64,000 bases of DNA, taken from a bacterium (GTDB lineage Bacteria; Bacillota; Clostridia; Christensenellales; CAG-138). The position numbers and the translations under genes were made by a program. Where the stretch lies: positions 12,055-76,054 of the forward strand of contig CAVIJJ010000003.1 of the NCBI GenBank assembly GCA_963643205.1, given 5' to 3'. This document shows positions 46,120 to 55,340 of this stretch, one piece after another (within the stretch, counting starts at the first letter, position 1; the number at the start of each line of letters is the position of its first letter). A model generated the notes under the pieces. It ran no database searches and had not been told where the DNA came from. It worked only from the letters and a program-made list of their open reading frames with translations.

Positions 46120-46329
46120 AGCTTTTCAGCGCAAAATCAAAGCGCCGTGTTGAGCCAAAGTCGGCCTCGCGCGGCGCTTTTCGCGTTCAATAAGGCCGGG
46201 CCTTAGGAGCCGCGCTTTACCGATTTCCTATAAGGCAAGAGCATGCTTGCAAGATTTACGCAGGCATTGTAAAATAAGCGGTAGGCACATCGATGCAAAC
46301 ACAAAATAAACGGATCGAGGGCGAACACA

Positions 46330-47421
46330 ATGAAGGTTGAGCTAAGAAACATAACCAAAACTTTCCCCGGCAGAACCAAAAAATCCGAGGGTGTAACCGC
46401 GGTAAACGATTGCTGCATTACCATTCCGGACGGAAAGCTTATAGGTTTGCTCGGCCCTTCCGGCTGCGGCAAAAGCACCACGCTTTATATGATATGCGGC
46501 CTTCAGAAGCCCACAAGCGGGCGCATATTTTTCGGCGAGGACGACGTTACGGACATTGCCCCGGAAAACAGGGGCGTTGGCCTTGTGTTCCAGAACTACG
46601 CTCTTTATCCGCACCTTACGGTTTTGCAGAATATACTTTTCCCGCTTCAGAATCTTAAGGGCGATGAAAAGCTGAGCAAAGAGGAAATGACCAAGCGCGC
46701 CTACGAAACGGCAAAGCTTGTGCAGATAGACAATCTTATGGACCGCAAGCCCGGCCAGCTTTCCGGCGGCCAGCAGCAAAGGGTAGCCATAGCGCGCGCG
46801 CTTGTAAAAATGCCGCGGGTGCTGCTGCTTGATGAGCCGCTTTCAAACCTGGACGCAAGGCTCAGGCTGCAAACGCGCGAGGAAATCCGCCGCATACAGC
46901 GCGAAACAAAGATTACAACCGTATTCGTAACGCACGATCAGGACGAGGCCATGAGCATTTCGGACTATATTGTTGTTATGAAGGCGGGCGTTGTGCAGCA
47001 GATCGGCAAGCCGCAGTCCGTTTACGACGATCCGGACAATCTTTTCGTGGCCAAGTTCTTAGGTACGCCGCCCATAAACGTTTTTGACGGAAAGGTAAAG
47101 GACGGCAAGGTTTATATAGGCGAGGAAGCCGTGCTTGACGTAAAAGGCGTAAGGGACGGCGAGGTCTATATAGGCATTCGACCCGAAGGCTTTATACTCG
47201 ACGAAAACGGTCCTCTCACCTGCTCCCTCATAAATGTTGAGGTCATGGGCAGGGATGTGAGCGTTGTATCCTCAAACCCCGCCGCGCTTTCGGGCAGCAT
47301 CCGCTCCATTATAGACGCGGACGCGGGCGTGGACCACTCGGCAAGCACCGTGCGCTTCTCCATAAAGCCGCACAAGCTCTTTATATTCGATAAAGAGAGC
47401 GAGCTTCGCCTTAACAGATAA
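46330..47421 (+). CDS. msmX: ABC transporter ATP-binding protein, MalK/MsmX/UgpC type (orphan: no adjacent permease)
   Basis: GPSGCGKST Walker A, LSGGQQQRVAIARAL signature, LLLDEPLS Walker B, and a C-terminal TOBE-like regulatory domain. Confidence 0.85.
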   Translation: MKVELRNITKTFPGRTKKSEGVTAVNDCCITIPDGKLIGLLGPSGCGKSTTLYMICGLQKPTSGRIFFGEDDVTDIAPENRGVGLVFQNYALYPHLTVLQNILFPLQNLKGDEKLSKEEMTKRAYETAKLVQIDNLMDRKPGQLSGGQQQRVAIARALVKMPRVLLLDEPLSNLDARLRLQTREEIRRIQRETKITTVFVTHDQDEAMSISDYIVVMKAGVVQQIGKPQSVYDDPDNLFVAKFLGTPPINVFDGKVKDGKVYIGEEAVLDVKGVRDGEVYIGIRPEGFILDENGPLTCSLINVEVMGRDVSVVSSNPAALSGSIRSIIDADAGVDHSASTVRFSIKPHKLFIFDKESELRLNR

Positions 47422-47456
47422 TATTCATAATCGGCATATTTTACCGGAGCGATTGC

Positions 47457-48791
47457 ATGAAACGACCTGATTGGAATGAACTTAAGCCGCAGATAGCAAC
47501 CGTTTGGCGGCTCAGTTTGCCCGCGATTCTAACGCAGATAACCACAATTGTTATGCAGTATATAGACTCCGCCATGGTGGGGGCGCTCGGCGCCAACGCC
47601 TCGGCGGCCATAGGCCTCGTGTCCACAAGCACGTGGCTTTTAAGCGGCGTAACATACGCGGCGTCGGCCGGATTTTCAGTGCAGGTGGCGCATAATATAG
47701 GCGCAAAGCGCAACGAGGAAGCGCGCGGCATTGTAAAGCACGGCATTATCGCTTCCTTTATAGTTTCGGCCATTCTTTGCGCGATAGGGCTTATTATAAG
47801 CAATCCACTGCCCGTTTGGCTTGGCGGTGAGGAGGCAATTCACGCGGACGCTACGGCGTATTTCCTTGTGTTTTCGCTGATGCTGCCGTTTTCTCAGCTT
47901 AATTCGCTTGCCTCGTCCTTCCTTCAGTGCAGCGGGGACATGGTTACCCCAAGTATACTCAATGCCGCCATGTGCGCGCTGGACGTGCTTTTCAACGCCA
48001 TATTCATTCCCAAATACGGCGTGCTCGGCGCAAGCATAGGCACGGCGCTCGCGTGCGCTGTAATATGCCTTGTTATGCTTTGGCGCTGCTGCTTTTTTGA
48101 TAAAAATCTTAAGTTTAATAAATCGGATCGCGTTAAATTTGACTTTTCAATAATAAAAAAGGCGGCTAAGATAGGCCTGCCCGTTGCCGTGCAGGAAATA
48201 GCCATGAGCGGGGCGATGGTTGTATCCACCGCCATAATCGCCCCCTTGGGCGCTGTATCAATAGCCGCTAACTCTTTCGCCATAACCGCCGAAAGCCTTT
48301 GCTATATGCCGGGCTACGGCATAGGCTCCGCCGCGGCAACGCTTGTTGGCCGCAGCGTGGGCGCGGGTGAAGAAAAGCTTGCCAAGCGCTACGGCACAAT
48401 TTCAACCGCCATGGGCGCTATTATAATGGGCATTACCGGGCTTATAATGATGTTCATATGCCCCCTGCTCTTTTCCCTGCTTACGCCGGATGAATCCGTG
48501 CGCCGGCTTGCGGCGCAGGTACTCAGGACCGAGCTTATAGCCGAGCCGCTCTTCGGCGTTTCCATAGTCGCGGCGGGTACGCTCCGCGGCGCGGGCGATA
48601 CGCTTGTGCCAAGTCTTCTCAACCTTGGCAGCATATGGATAGTGCGCATTGGCCTTTCGCTTATACTTGTTAACTCAATGGGGCTTCAGGGCGCGTGGAT
48701 CGCCATGGCCGTTGAGCTTTGCGTGCGCGGTCTTCTTATGCTCTATCGCGAGAAAACCAGCCCATTTTATTCGCTTTATTCAAAAGAATGA
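47457..48791 (+). CDS. MATE-family efflux transporter
   Basis: 444 aa with 12 predicted TM helices and the typical MATE N-terminus (LPAILTQITTIVMQYIDSAMVG). Confidence 0.85.
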   Translation: MKRPDWNELKPQIATVWRLSLPAILTQITTIVMQYIDSAMVGALGANASAAIGLVSTSTWLLSGVTYAASAGFSVQVAHNIGAKRNEEARGIVKHGIIASFIVSAILCAIGLIISNPLPVWLGGEEAIHADATAYFLVFSLMLPFSQLNSLASSFLQCSGDMVTPSILNAAMCALDVLFNAIFIPKYGVLGASIGTALACAVICLVMLWRCCFFDKNLKFNKSDRVKFDFSIIKKAAKIGLPVAVQEIAMSGAMVVSTAIIAPLGAVSIAANSFAITAESLCYMPGYGIGSAAATLVGRSVGAGEEKLAKRYGTISTAMGAIIMGITGLIMMFICPLLFSLLTPDESVRRLAAQVLRTELIAEPLFGVSIVAAGTLRGAGDTLVPSLLNLGSIWIVRIGLSLILVNSMGLQGAWIAMAVELCVRGLLMLYREKTSPFYSLYSKE

Positions 48792-49930
48792 TGAACACGG
48801 CTTATTTTCTCCCCGTCAATATACACCCTTTCAATTTCAAGCTTATCCGTGCAGGCTATAATATCCGCCTTAAGGCCCTCTGTTATTGAGCCCAATGTTT
48901 TATCAAGGCCGTATTTTCGCGCGGGGTTTATCGTTGCCGCGGCTATTGCCTGCTCAAGCGGTATTCCGGCGGCGGCTATCGTGCGCACGCCCTCAAACAG
49001 CGGCACAACGGACCCGGCAAGCGTGTTCGTTCCGTTAACGGTGGCGCGGCCTTTCTCCAAATTGATTATCATTCCGTCGGATGTATCGTATATTCCGTCC
49101 GGCATTCCGCAGGCCTCTATCGAGTCGCTTATCAAAATTATTCGCTCAGGCCCCATCAGCTTAAACAATGCCCGTATCATGGGCGGCTGAACGTGCCGCG
49201 CGTCGTCTATAAGCTCCGCCGTAACAAAGTCCGTATCGGCCGCGGCGGCTATCGGCCCGGGCGCGCGGTGCAGCATGGGCTGCATGCAGTTAAAGGCGTG
49301 GGTAAGGTTTGAAAAGCCCGAGTCAAACGCCTCTTTTGCCTTGTCGTAATCCGCGGCGCTGTGGGCAAACGAAACAACCTTTTTGTCCTTAAGCTTTTTG
49401 GCGAGTTCTATTGCCCCATCAAGTTCCGGCGCCATGCACACGGCGCGTATGCAACCTTCCGCCGCATCATCAAGCCTATTTAGCATTTCCTCGTCCGGCA
49501 GGTGCAGAAGAAGCGGGTTATGCGCTCCCCGCTTTTCGTTTGAGATAAACGGTCCTTCAAGATACACGCCAAGGCAGCGGCTCTCTCCCGCCTGCCTTTT
49601 TTTAACGGCCTTTGCCGCGGCGCGGCAGCGGTAGCTAAGCTTTTCCTCTCCCATTGCCATGGTCGCGAAAAGGAAGGATGTTGTGCCGGCCTTGGCCAGC
49701 GCCCATCTCGCGCCGGCGGACGCGCGCTCGTTTTCGTCAAAATACTCGCTTCGGATCATGGCATGGGTATGCGTGTCTATACAGCCGGGCAGCACGAATT
49801 TTGCTCCGGCATGCGGCAGTGGATCAAGCGTTTCAACCCGCTCTATGGTATCGCCGCTAATGCGCACGTTGCCAAAGCGCAGACGCGCATCCGCGCCAAA
49901 GAAATTAACCCCGTCAAAGCGCGTTTCCAT
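48776..49930 (-). CDS. NagA-family amidohydrolase (N-acetylglucosamine-6-phosphate deacetylase-like)
   Basis: GCIDTHTH, YLEGPFIS..KRGAH, HAFNCM and ISDS motifs parallel NagA. GGAGG RBS before the ATG at 49930. The 3' end overlaps the MATE gene by 16 nt. Confidence 0.7.
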   Translation of the reverse strand: METRFDGVNFFGADARLRFGNVRISGDTIERVETLDPLPHAGAKFVLPGCIDTHTHAMIRSEYFDENERASAGARWALAKAGTTSFLFATMAMGEEKLSYRCRAAAKAVKKRQAGESRCLGVYLEGPFISNEKRGAHNPLLLHLPDEEMLNRLDDAAEGCIRAVCMAPELDGAIELAKKLKDKKVVSFAHSAADYDKAKEAFDSGFSNLTHAFNCMQPMLHRAPGPIAAAADTDFVTAELIDDARHVQPPMIRALFKLMGPERIILISDSIEACGMPDGIYDTSDGMIINLEKGRATVNGTNTLAGSVVPLFEGVRTIAAAGIPLEQAIAAATINPARKYGLDKTLGSITEGLKADIIACTDKLEIERVYIDGEKISRVHHSFE

Positions 49931-49943
49931 AGGCAAGGCCTCC

Positions 49944-50231
49944 TTATTTGCGCTTAGCAAGCTCCGTTATTTTGGGGAAATTCTTTATAATGTAAGGATA
50001 GCCTCCCTTGGAATGCGGTACAAGGCAATTTGAGCAGTCCTTTATGCCGTTTTCAAGATAAACAAAGTTGCCGCCGCATTTATCGCCCAGGGCATAAAGC
50101 GGGCAATAGCAGAAAAGGCAATTGAAAAACTCCTTGTTCGCGTTTTTATGGCAGGGGAAATAGGGGCATTCCTTGTTCTGATAATAAGCGTATGGCGCAA
50201 GCTCGTCCATTTCGTACTTTTTGTCTTCCAT
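49944..50231 (-). CDS. cysteine-rich small domain protein (PF04071-like)
   Basis: ECPYFPCH...FNCLFCYCPLY...CSNC pattern. I prefer the start at 50231 (AGGAG RBS). It ends 13 nt upstream of the NagA-like gene. Confidence 0.6.
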   Translation of the reverse strand: MEDKKYEMDELAPYAYYQNKECPYFPCHKNANKEFFNCLFCYCPLYALGDKCGGNFVYLENGIKDCSNCLVPHSKGGYPYIIKNFPKITELAKRK

Positions 50232-50271
50232 AGCGGATGGGTTCTCCTTTCGCGTTTCTATATTTACGGTA

Positions 50272-50339
50272 ACATTATCATTAGTTTGACGGATTGTCAA
50301 CAAACTCGGTTGACAGGTGACAACGCAAGCGGCTATACT
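50272..50339. promoter_or_regulatory. back-to-back divergent promoters (minus: TTGACA-17-TGaTAATGT; plus: TTGACA-18-TATACT)
   Basis: Minus strand: -35 at 50300-50295, -10 at 50277-50272. Plus strand: -35 at 50310-50315, -10 at 50334-50339. The two -35 boxes form the inverted repeat TTGTCAAC-N7-GTTGACA. Confidence 0.6.
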
Positions 50340-50396
50340 AATAGCTGTAAAAGTAGCGCATCACGCGCCGTATTATTATCAAGGAGACAACCCAAG

Positions 50397-51338
50397 GTGA
50401 AAACACTGGTTATAGCCATTGGCGGAAACGCCATTCAGGGCGAAGGAAAGCCGGCCACCGCAGAGGCTCAGCTTGAATCCGTTGAGTATACCGCCGAACG
50501 CATTGCGGATATTATCGAATGCGGATACAACGTTGTAATAGCGCACGGTAACGGCCCGCAGGTAGGAAGAATTGTTATTCAGAACGAGGCCGCTAGCGCC
50601 CTCACCCCGGCAATGCCGTTTGACGTATGCGGCGCGATGAGCCAGGGCATGATAGGCTACCACATTCAGCAGTGCCTTACAAAGGTGCTTAATCGCAGGG
50701 GTATAAACAAAACCGCCGTTACGCTTATAACGCAGGTTGTTGTGGATAAGGACGATCCCGGTTTTACCAACCCCACCAAGCCCATAGGTCCTTTTTATGT
50801 TGAGGAAGAGGCTCAGGCCATAGCCGCCGAAAAGGGCTATGTGTTCAAAGAGGATTCCGGCCGCGGCTGGCGCAGGGTAGTCGCCTCTCCCAAGCCCGTG
50901 GAAATAGTTGAGCTTGACGCCGTAAAGGCGCTTAACAAGGCGGGCTTTGTTGTTGTAACCACCGGCGGCGGCGGAATACCCGTTGTGCGCAACGCCTCAG
51001 GCGATCTTGAGGGCACGGCCGCCGTTATAGACAAGGACCTTGCCGCCGAAAAGCTGGCCGAAGGTCTGGACGCGGATATGCTTATTATCCTTACCGCCGT
51101 CGAAAAGGTAAGCATAAACTTCAATAAGCCCAACCAGCAGGATCTTGACGGCATGTCAACCGCCGAGGCCAAGCAATATATTGCCGAAGGTCACTTCGCG
51201 CCCGGCAGCATGCTGCCAAAGGTTAATGCCGCCGTCAGCTTCGTTGAAAGCAAAAGCGGGCGCGTTTCCATTATAACCAGCCTTGAAAAGGCCGCGGAAG
51301 CTCTTACGGGCAGCGTAGGCACAAAAATTTATCAATAA
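50397..51338 (+). CDS. arcC: carbamate kinase
   Basis: GTG start 9 nt after AAGGAGA. KTLVIAIGGNAI...VIAHGNGPQVG is the canonical carbamate kinase N-terminus; 313 aa. Confidence 0.9.
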   Translation: MKTLVIAIGGNAIQGEGKPATAEAQLESVEYTAERIADIIECGYNVVIAHGNGPQVGRIVIQNEAASALTPAMPFDVCGAMSQGMIGYHIQQCLTKVLNRRGINKTAVTLITQVVVDKDDPGFTNPTKPIGPFYVEEEAQAIAAEKGYVFKEDSGRGWRRVVASPKPVEIVELDAVKALNKAGFVVVTTGGGGIPVVRNASGDLEGTAAVIDKDLAAEKLAEGLDADMLIILTAVEKVSINFNKPNQQDLDGMSTAEAKQYIAEGHFAPGSMLPKVNAAVSFVESKSGRVSIITSLEKAAEALTGSVGTKIYQ

Positions 51339-51375
51339 AAGCCAAAGCTTAAATATAAAATATTCGGAGGAAAAA

Positions 51376-52722
51376 ATGAGCAAATACGAAAACAGCGTTG
51401 GGGTACTTATCCCCGAGATTCTGCTCCCCAAGGCGGGAACGGACATGAGCAAGTGGGCCGTTGTTGCCTGCGACCAGTTCACCTCTCAGCCCGATTACTG
51501 GGCGGAAACCGAAAAAACGGTAGGCGACGCGCCCTCAACCCTCAGGCTGATGCTTCCCGAAATGTATCTTGAAAAGCCCGACGAGGCCGAAAGAATACAG
51601 AAGATAAACGCCACCATGAAGGAATATCTTGATACCGGCGTGCTTGAAAACATAGGCCAGGGCATAATGTATGTTGAGCGCCGCGCCGGTGCCAACGTGC
51701 GCCACGGCATAATGGTAGCGCTTGATCTGGAGTGCTACGATTACTCAAAGGGTTCCACCACCCTTATCCGCGCCACCGAGGGCACGATAGTGGAGCGCAT
51801 TCCGCCCCGCCTCCGCATAAGGAAGGATGCCCCCGTTGAGCTGCCGCATATACTCGTGCTTATAGACGACCCCGAGCGCACCGTTATAGAGCCCATAGGC
51901 GAAAGCGTTGGCGAAAGCGACAAGCGCTACGACTTTGACCTTATGCAGAACGGCGGCCACATAAAGGGTTATTTCATAAATGACGACGCGCGCATAAACC
52001 GCGCCCTCAAGGCCCTTGAGGCTCTTGCCGATCCCAAGGTATTCGGCGAGAAATACGGCACCGACGCGCCCAGCCTTCTGTTCGCCATGGGCGACGGCAA
52101 CCATTCCTTCGCTACCGCCAAGGCAAACTGGGAGCAGATCAAAAAGACCCTCTCCCCCGAGGAAGCCGCGAACCATCCCGCCCGCTACGCGCTGGTTGAG
52201 CTTGAAAACGTGCACGATTCCGGCATAGAGTTTGAGCCCATACACCGCGTTGTGTTCGGCGTTGATACCCGCAAGACCGTTGCGTGGCTGAGCAGCAAGC
52301 TCAGCGAGCAGAACGGCGAAACCGAAACCCATCTTTACGGCTCCAAGGAAGAGCGCGACGAGGCCATGGCCGCCAACGCCTGCCCCAAGTGCCACATGCT
52401 GCCCTTTATGATAAAGGAAGGCTACGGCTACTTTAAGGTATCCTCCCCCGCCGCTCAGCTTGAGGTAGGCACGCTGCAGAACGCCCTTGATATACTTATC
52501 AAGGAAACCGAGGGCGCGCATATAGACTATATCCACGGCGAGCAGGTTGTGGATGAGCTTGGCCGCAAGGACAACAACATGGGCTTCATACTGCCCAACA
52601 TGAGCAAGAGCGCCTTCTTCAAAACCGTTATATTCGACGGCGCCCTGCCCCGCAAAACCTTCTCCATGGGCGAGGCAAACGAGAAGCGGTACTATCTTGA
52701 GTGCCGCAGAATTTCCAAGTAA
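51376..52722 (+). CDS. DUF1015-family protein (function unknown)
   Basis: 448 aa. The WAVVACDQFTSQ..YW N-terminal pattern and overall length fit the DUF1015 family as I recall it. GGAGG RBS. Confidence 0.5.
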   Translation: MSKYENSVGVLIPEILLPKAGTDMSKWAVVACDQFTSQPDYWAETEKTVGDAPSTLRLMLPEMYLEKPDEAERIQKINATMKEYLDTGVLENIGQGIMYVERRAGANVRHGIMVALDLECYDYSKGSTTLIRATEGTIVERIPPRLRIRKDAPVELPHILVLIDDPERTVIEPIGESVGESDKRYDFDLMQNGGHIKGYFINDDARINRALKALEALADPKVFGEKYGTDAPSLLFAMGDGNHSFATAKANWEQIKKTLSPEEAANHPARYALVELENVHDSGIEFEPIHRVVFGVDTRKTVAWLSSKLSEQNGETETHLYGSKEERDEAMAANACPKCHMLPFMIKEGYGYFKVSSPAAQLEVGTLQNALDILIKETEGAHIDYIHGEQVVDELGRKDNNMGFILPNMSKSAFFKTVIFDGALPRKTFSMGEANEKRYYLECRRISK

Positions 52723-52783
52723 TCTCTAAAAGTGTCATACGGGGGCGGCATACTCTTGCGCGCCCCCGATTATATGTAAAAGT

Positions 52784-53719
52784 ATGGAATCTTTCTTTAA
52801 CAGCATATCCGCCGTTTTGCTTATACTCATGCTCATAACCGTGGGCTATGTACTGGGCAGGCTCGGCTTTATGAAAAAGGAGCACAAAAGCTTTGTAACA
52901 AAGCTGCTCATAAATTTTGCCGTGCCCTGCATGTGCATACACAATATATTCACGGATTTTTCCCTGGATCTTATAAAAAGCGCGGGAGCCCTTATAATCA
53001 CGCCAACCGTTATGAACATGGTGCTGCTTGCAATATCCTATTTTGTGGCGAAGGTCGTTAAGGTAAGTAAGCTCCGCTTTGGCGGATTTATGGTAATGTG
53101 CGGCCTGTCGAATTCGCTTTTTGTGGGCTACCCTGTCTGCACGGAGCTTTTCGGCAGCGAATGCCTGCCCTACGTAATGTGCTTTTACATGATGAACACA
53201 TTCTTTTTCTGGTCCGTCGGTTCCACGCTTATATACATAAGCGCGGGCGAAAAAAGGCCCACGGTAAAGGATATCTTAAAAAAGCTCGCCTCCCCGCCGC
53301 TTATAGCGCTGCTCTCGTCCGTGCTGCTTGTGGTGCTCGGCGTTAAGCTGCCCGATCTTCTCGGATCCTTTACAAAATACATGGGAAACCTGGTTTCCCC
53401 GCTCGCGCTTATATACATAGGCTTTTTAATCTATGAAACCGGTCTTAAAACCCTTAGGCCCGACAAGGGCATATGGGTTGTTTGCGGCATGCGCTTTATA
53501 GTTGCCCCGCTGACCGCGCTTCTTATGTGCAAAGTATTCGGCGTAACCGGCCTTGCGCAAAACGTATTCATGATAGAGGCCGCCATGCCCGCCATGACGC
53601 AGTGCGTTGTTGTGTCCGCCGCCGCGGGTGCCGATGAAAAATACACCGCGCTCGGCATGAGTTTCTCTTCCCTTCTGTGCCTTGTGGCCGTGCCCGTGCT
53701 TATGCTTATATTCGGCTGA
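52784..53719 (+). CDS. AEC (auxin efflux carrier) family permease
   Basis: 311 aa with 10 predicted TM helices and the two-repeat Mem_trans layout. No obvious SD. Confidence 0.75.
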   Translation: MESFFNSISAVLLILMLITVGYVLGRLGFMKKEHKSFVTKLLINFAVPCMCIHNIFTDFSLDLIKSAGALIITPTVMNMVLLAISYFVAKVVKVSKLRFGGFMVMCGLSNSLFVGYPVCTELFGSECLPYVMCFYMMNTFFFWSVGSTLIYISAGEKRPTVKDILKKLASPPLIALLSSVLLVVLGVKLPDLLGSFTKYMGNLVSPLALIYIGFLIYETGLKTLRPDKGIWVVCGMRFIVAPLTALLMCKVFGVTGLAQNVFMIEAAMPAMTQCVVVSAAAGADEKYTALGMSFSSLLCLVAVPVLMLIFG

Positions 53720-53737
53720 GTCTGAAAGGAGCCGCGC

Positions 53738-54964
53738 ATGAAATCAAAATACACAGTAAAGCCGCACATAAAGCCGCTTTACGATCTGCTGATGCAGCTT
53801 TTAAGGCCGTATCTTTGGATTAAATACAGTTTCCGCGCGCCGCGTGACATTCCCGCTATGCCCGATGGGCCTATCGTCCTTTTGGGCAGCCACACCGGCA
53901 ATCTCGATTTTCTTTTCGCGCTCGCGACCGTTAGAAAAAAGCGTTTCCACGGCCTTGTGGCCGCGCATTTTTACAGGAATAAGCGCATCGCCTGGCTGCT
54001 TAATACATTAAGGTGCATAAGAAAAGAGCAGTTCCGCGCCGATGTTGAAAGCATTGCCCGGATGAAAAACACGATTGAGTCCGGCGAAAGCCTGCTTATA
54101 TATCCCGAAGGCGAGGTAAACGGCACGGGCCGCACGGAAAGCAGCAACCCAAGCATTGCAAGGCTTGCCAAGCTTCTTAAGGCGCCGCTCTACGCCGCGC
54201 GTACCCACGGCGGCTATTTTACAAGGCCAAAGTGGAACCCCGTGCAGCGCAAGGGCAAGGTTGAAATAGAAATTGAGCTTATTGCCACGGCTGAAGAGGT
54301 AAAAAGCCTGAGCAACGACGAACTTTACAGGCGCATAGAGGAAAAGATAAGGGTTGATGACTACGCCTGGCAAAAGCAGCGCATGATACCCTTCGGCGGC
54401 AAAAACAGGGCGCGCGGATTGAGCGACCTTCTCTATCTTTGCCCCAAATGCGGAGGGGAATGCACAACCGTAAGCGAGGATAACGAAATTCGCTGCACCC
54501 GCTGCGGCAACCGGGGCATAATGGATGAATACGGTTTTCTGCACCCGGCGGACGAAAGCTGCGTAATTCCCGAAACAGTGCCGGAGTGGGCGGACATTGA
54601 GCGCGACGCGCTCAGGCGCGAAATAGAGCGCGATGATTTTGCCCTTTCCGCCCCATGCTATCTGCAGTATCATCTTAACCCCAAAACCACTTTCCATACG
54701 GACGTGGGCCACGGCACCGTTACCCTTACGCATACGGATATTACGTACGAAGGCACGGCGCAGGGTGAGCAGATTCGTCTTTCTTTCCCGCACGGCGGAA
54801 TATATAAATTCCCGTTCAACATGGGGCACCATTTTGATATTCCCAATACCGTGCGCACCATAAGCATAAGGCCCGACAATCCGCAGCTTAACGAGAAATT
54901 CGTGCTCGCGCTGCCCCTTATCCATGAATATACCGAGGCGAAAAAGCTCGAAAAAAATTCGTAA
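53738..54964 (+). CDS. PlsC-type lysophospholipid acyltransferase domain fused to a C-terminal region of about 200 aa containing a zinc ribbon
   Basis: HX4D motif (SHTGNLD), a YPEGEV block, then CPKCGG-X16-CTRCGN. AAAGGAG RBS. Confidence 0.75.
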   Translation: MKSKYTVKPHIKPLYDLLMQLLRPYLWIKYSFRAPRDIPAMPDGPIVLLGSHTGNLDFLFALATVRKKRFHGLVAAHFYRNKRIAWLLNTLRCIRKEQFRADVESIARMKNTIESGESLLIYPEGEVNGTGRTESSNPSIARLAKLLKAPLYAARTHGGYFTRPKWNPVQRKGKVEIEIELIATAEEVKSLSNDELYRRIEEKIRVDDYAWQKQRMIPFGGKNRARGLSDLLYLCPKCGGECTTVSEDNEIRCTRCGNRGIMDEYGFLHPADESCVIPETVPEWADIERDALRREIERDDFALSAPCYLQYHLNPKTTFHTDVGHGTVTLTHTDITYEGTAQGEQIRLSFPHGGIYKFPFNMGHHFDIPNTVRTISIRPDNPQLNEKFVLALPLIHEYTEAKKLEKNS

Positions 54965-54971
54965 CGCGCTA

Positions 54972-55001
54972 TTGACATATTTCCGTGCGCGGTGCTACAA
55001 T
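54972..55001 (+). promoter_or_regulatory. promoter of the T-box leader (TTGACA-18-TGcTACAAT)
   Basis: TTGACA at 54972-54977; extended -10 TG at 54993-54994; TACAAT at 54996-55001. Confidence 0.65.
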
Positions 55002-55007
55002 GCAGAA

Positions 55008-55316
55008 AACCGTTGAGGAAGAGTAAGTAGATCCCGATTCTGTTCTTTCAGAGAGCCGCGGCCGGTGCAATCGCGGCAGAACAAGGCAGGTTTGAATGGA
55101 CTTCTGAGGGCAAGCGGAAAGGCAGTGCCGAGTATGCGAGCCGGAGCAAGGCTCTCCGTTAGAAAAGGCCGGCGTATGGAGTACGCGTAAAGTGGGCGCT
55201 AAGTATAGGCGCCAAGCCGGGTGGCACCGCAGGAATATTTATTTTTAAGAATTGCTCCTGTCCCAGCGATCGCAGTTATTTGCGGTTGCTGCGGGCGGGA
55301 GTTTTAATTTTAAGAT
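55008..55316 (+). promoter_or_regulatory. T-box riboswitch leader, Trp specifier (UGG)
   Basis: GA/K-turn motif GAGGAAGAGTA, AGAGAG box, distal-loop GGTGCAA, and specifier loop GAA-UGG-A-CUUC (UGG at 55097-55099). The T-box sequence GGGTGGCACCGC is at 55219-55230. A terminator hairpin at 55255-55301 is followed by TTTTAATTTT. Confidence 0.85.
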
Positions 55317-55340
55317 TTTTTTACTAAGGAGGTATCGGCA

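Noticed and set aside
52740-52768. The CGGGGGCG/CGCCCCCG hairpin after the DUF1015 gene as a terminator.
   Set aside because: The stem is stable, but no U-run follows it and the AEC gene starts 16 nt later. I treat it as at most a weak pause or processing element, not a confident terminator.
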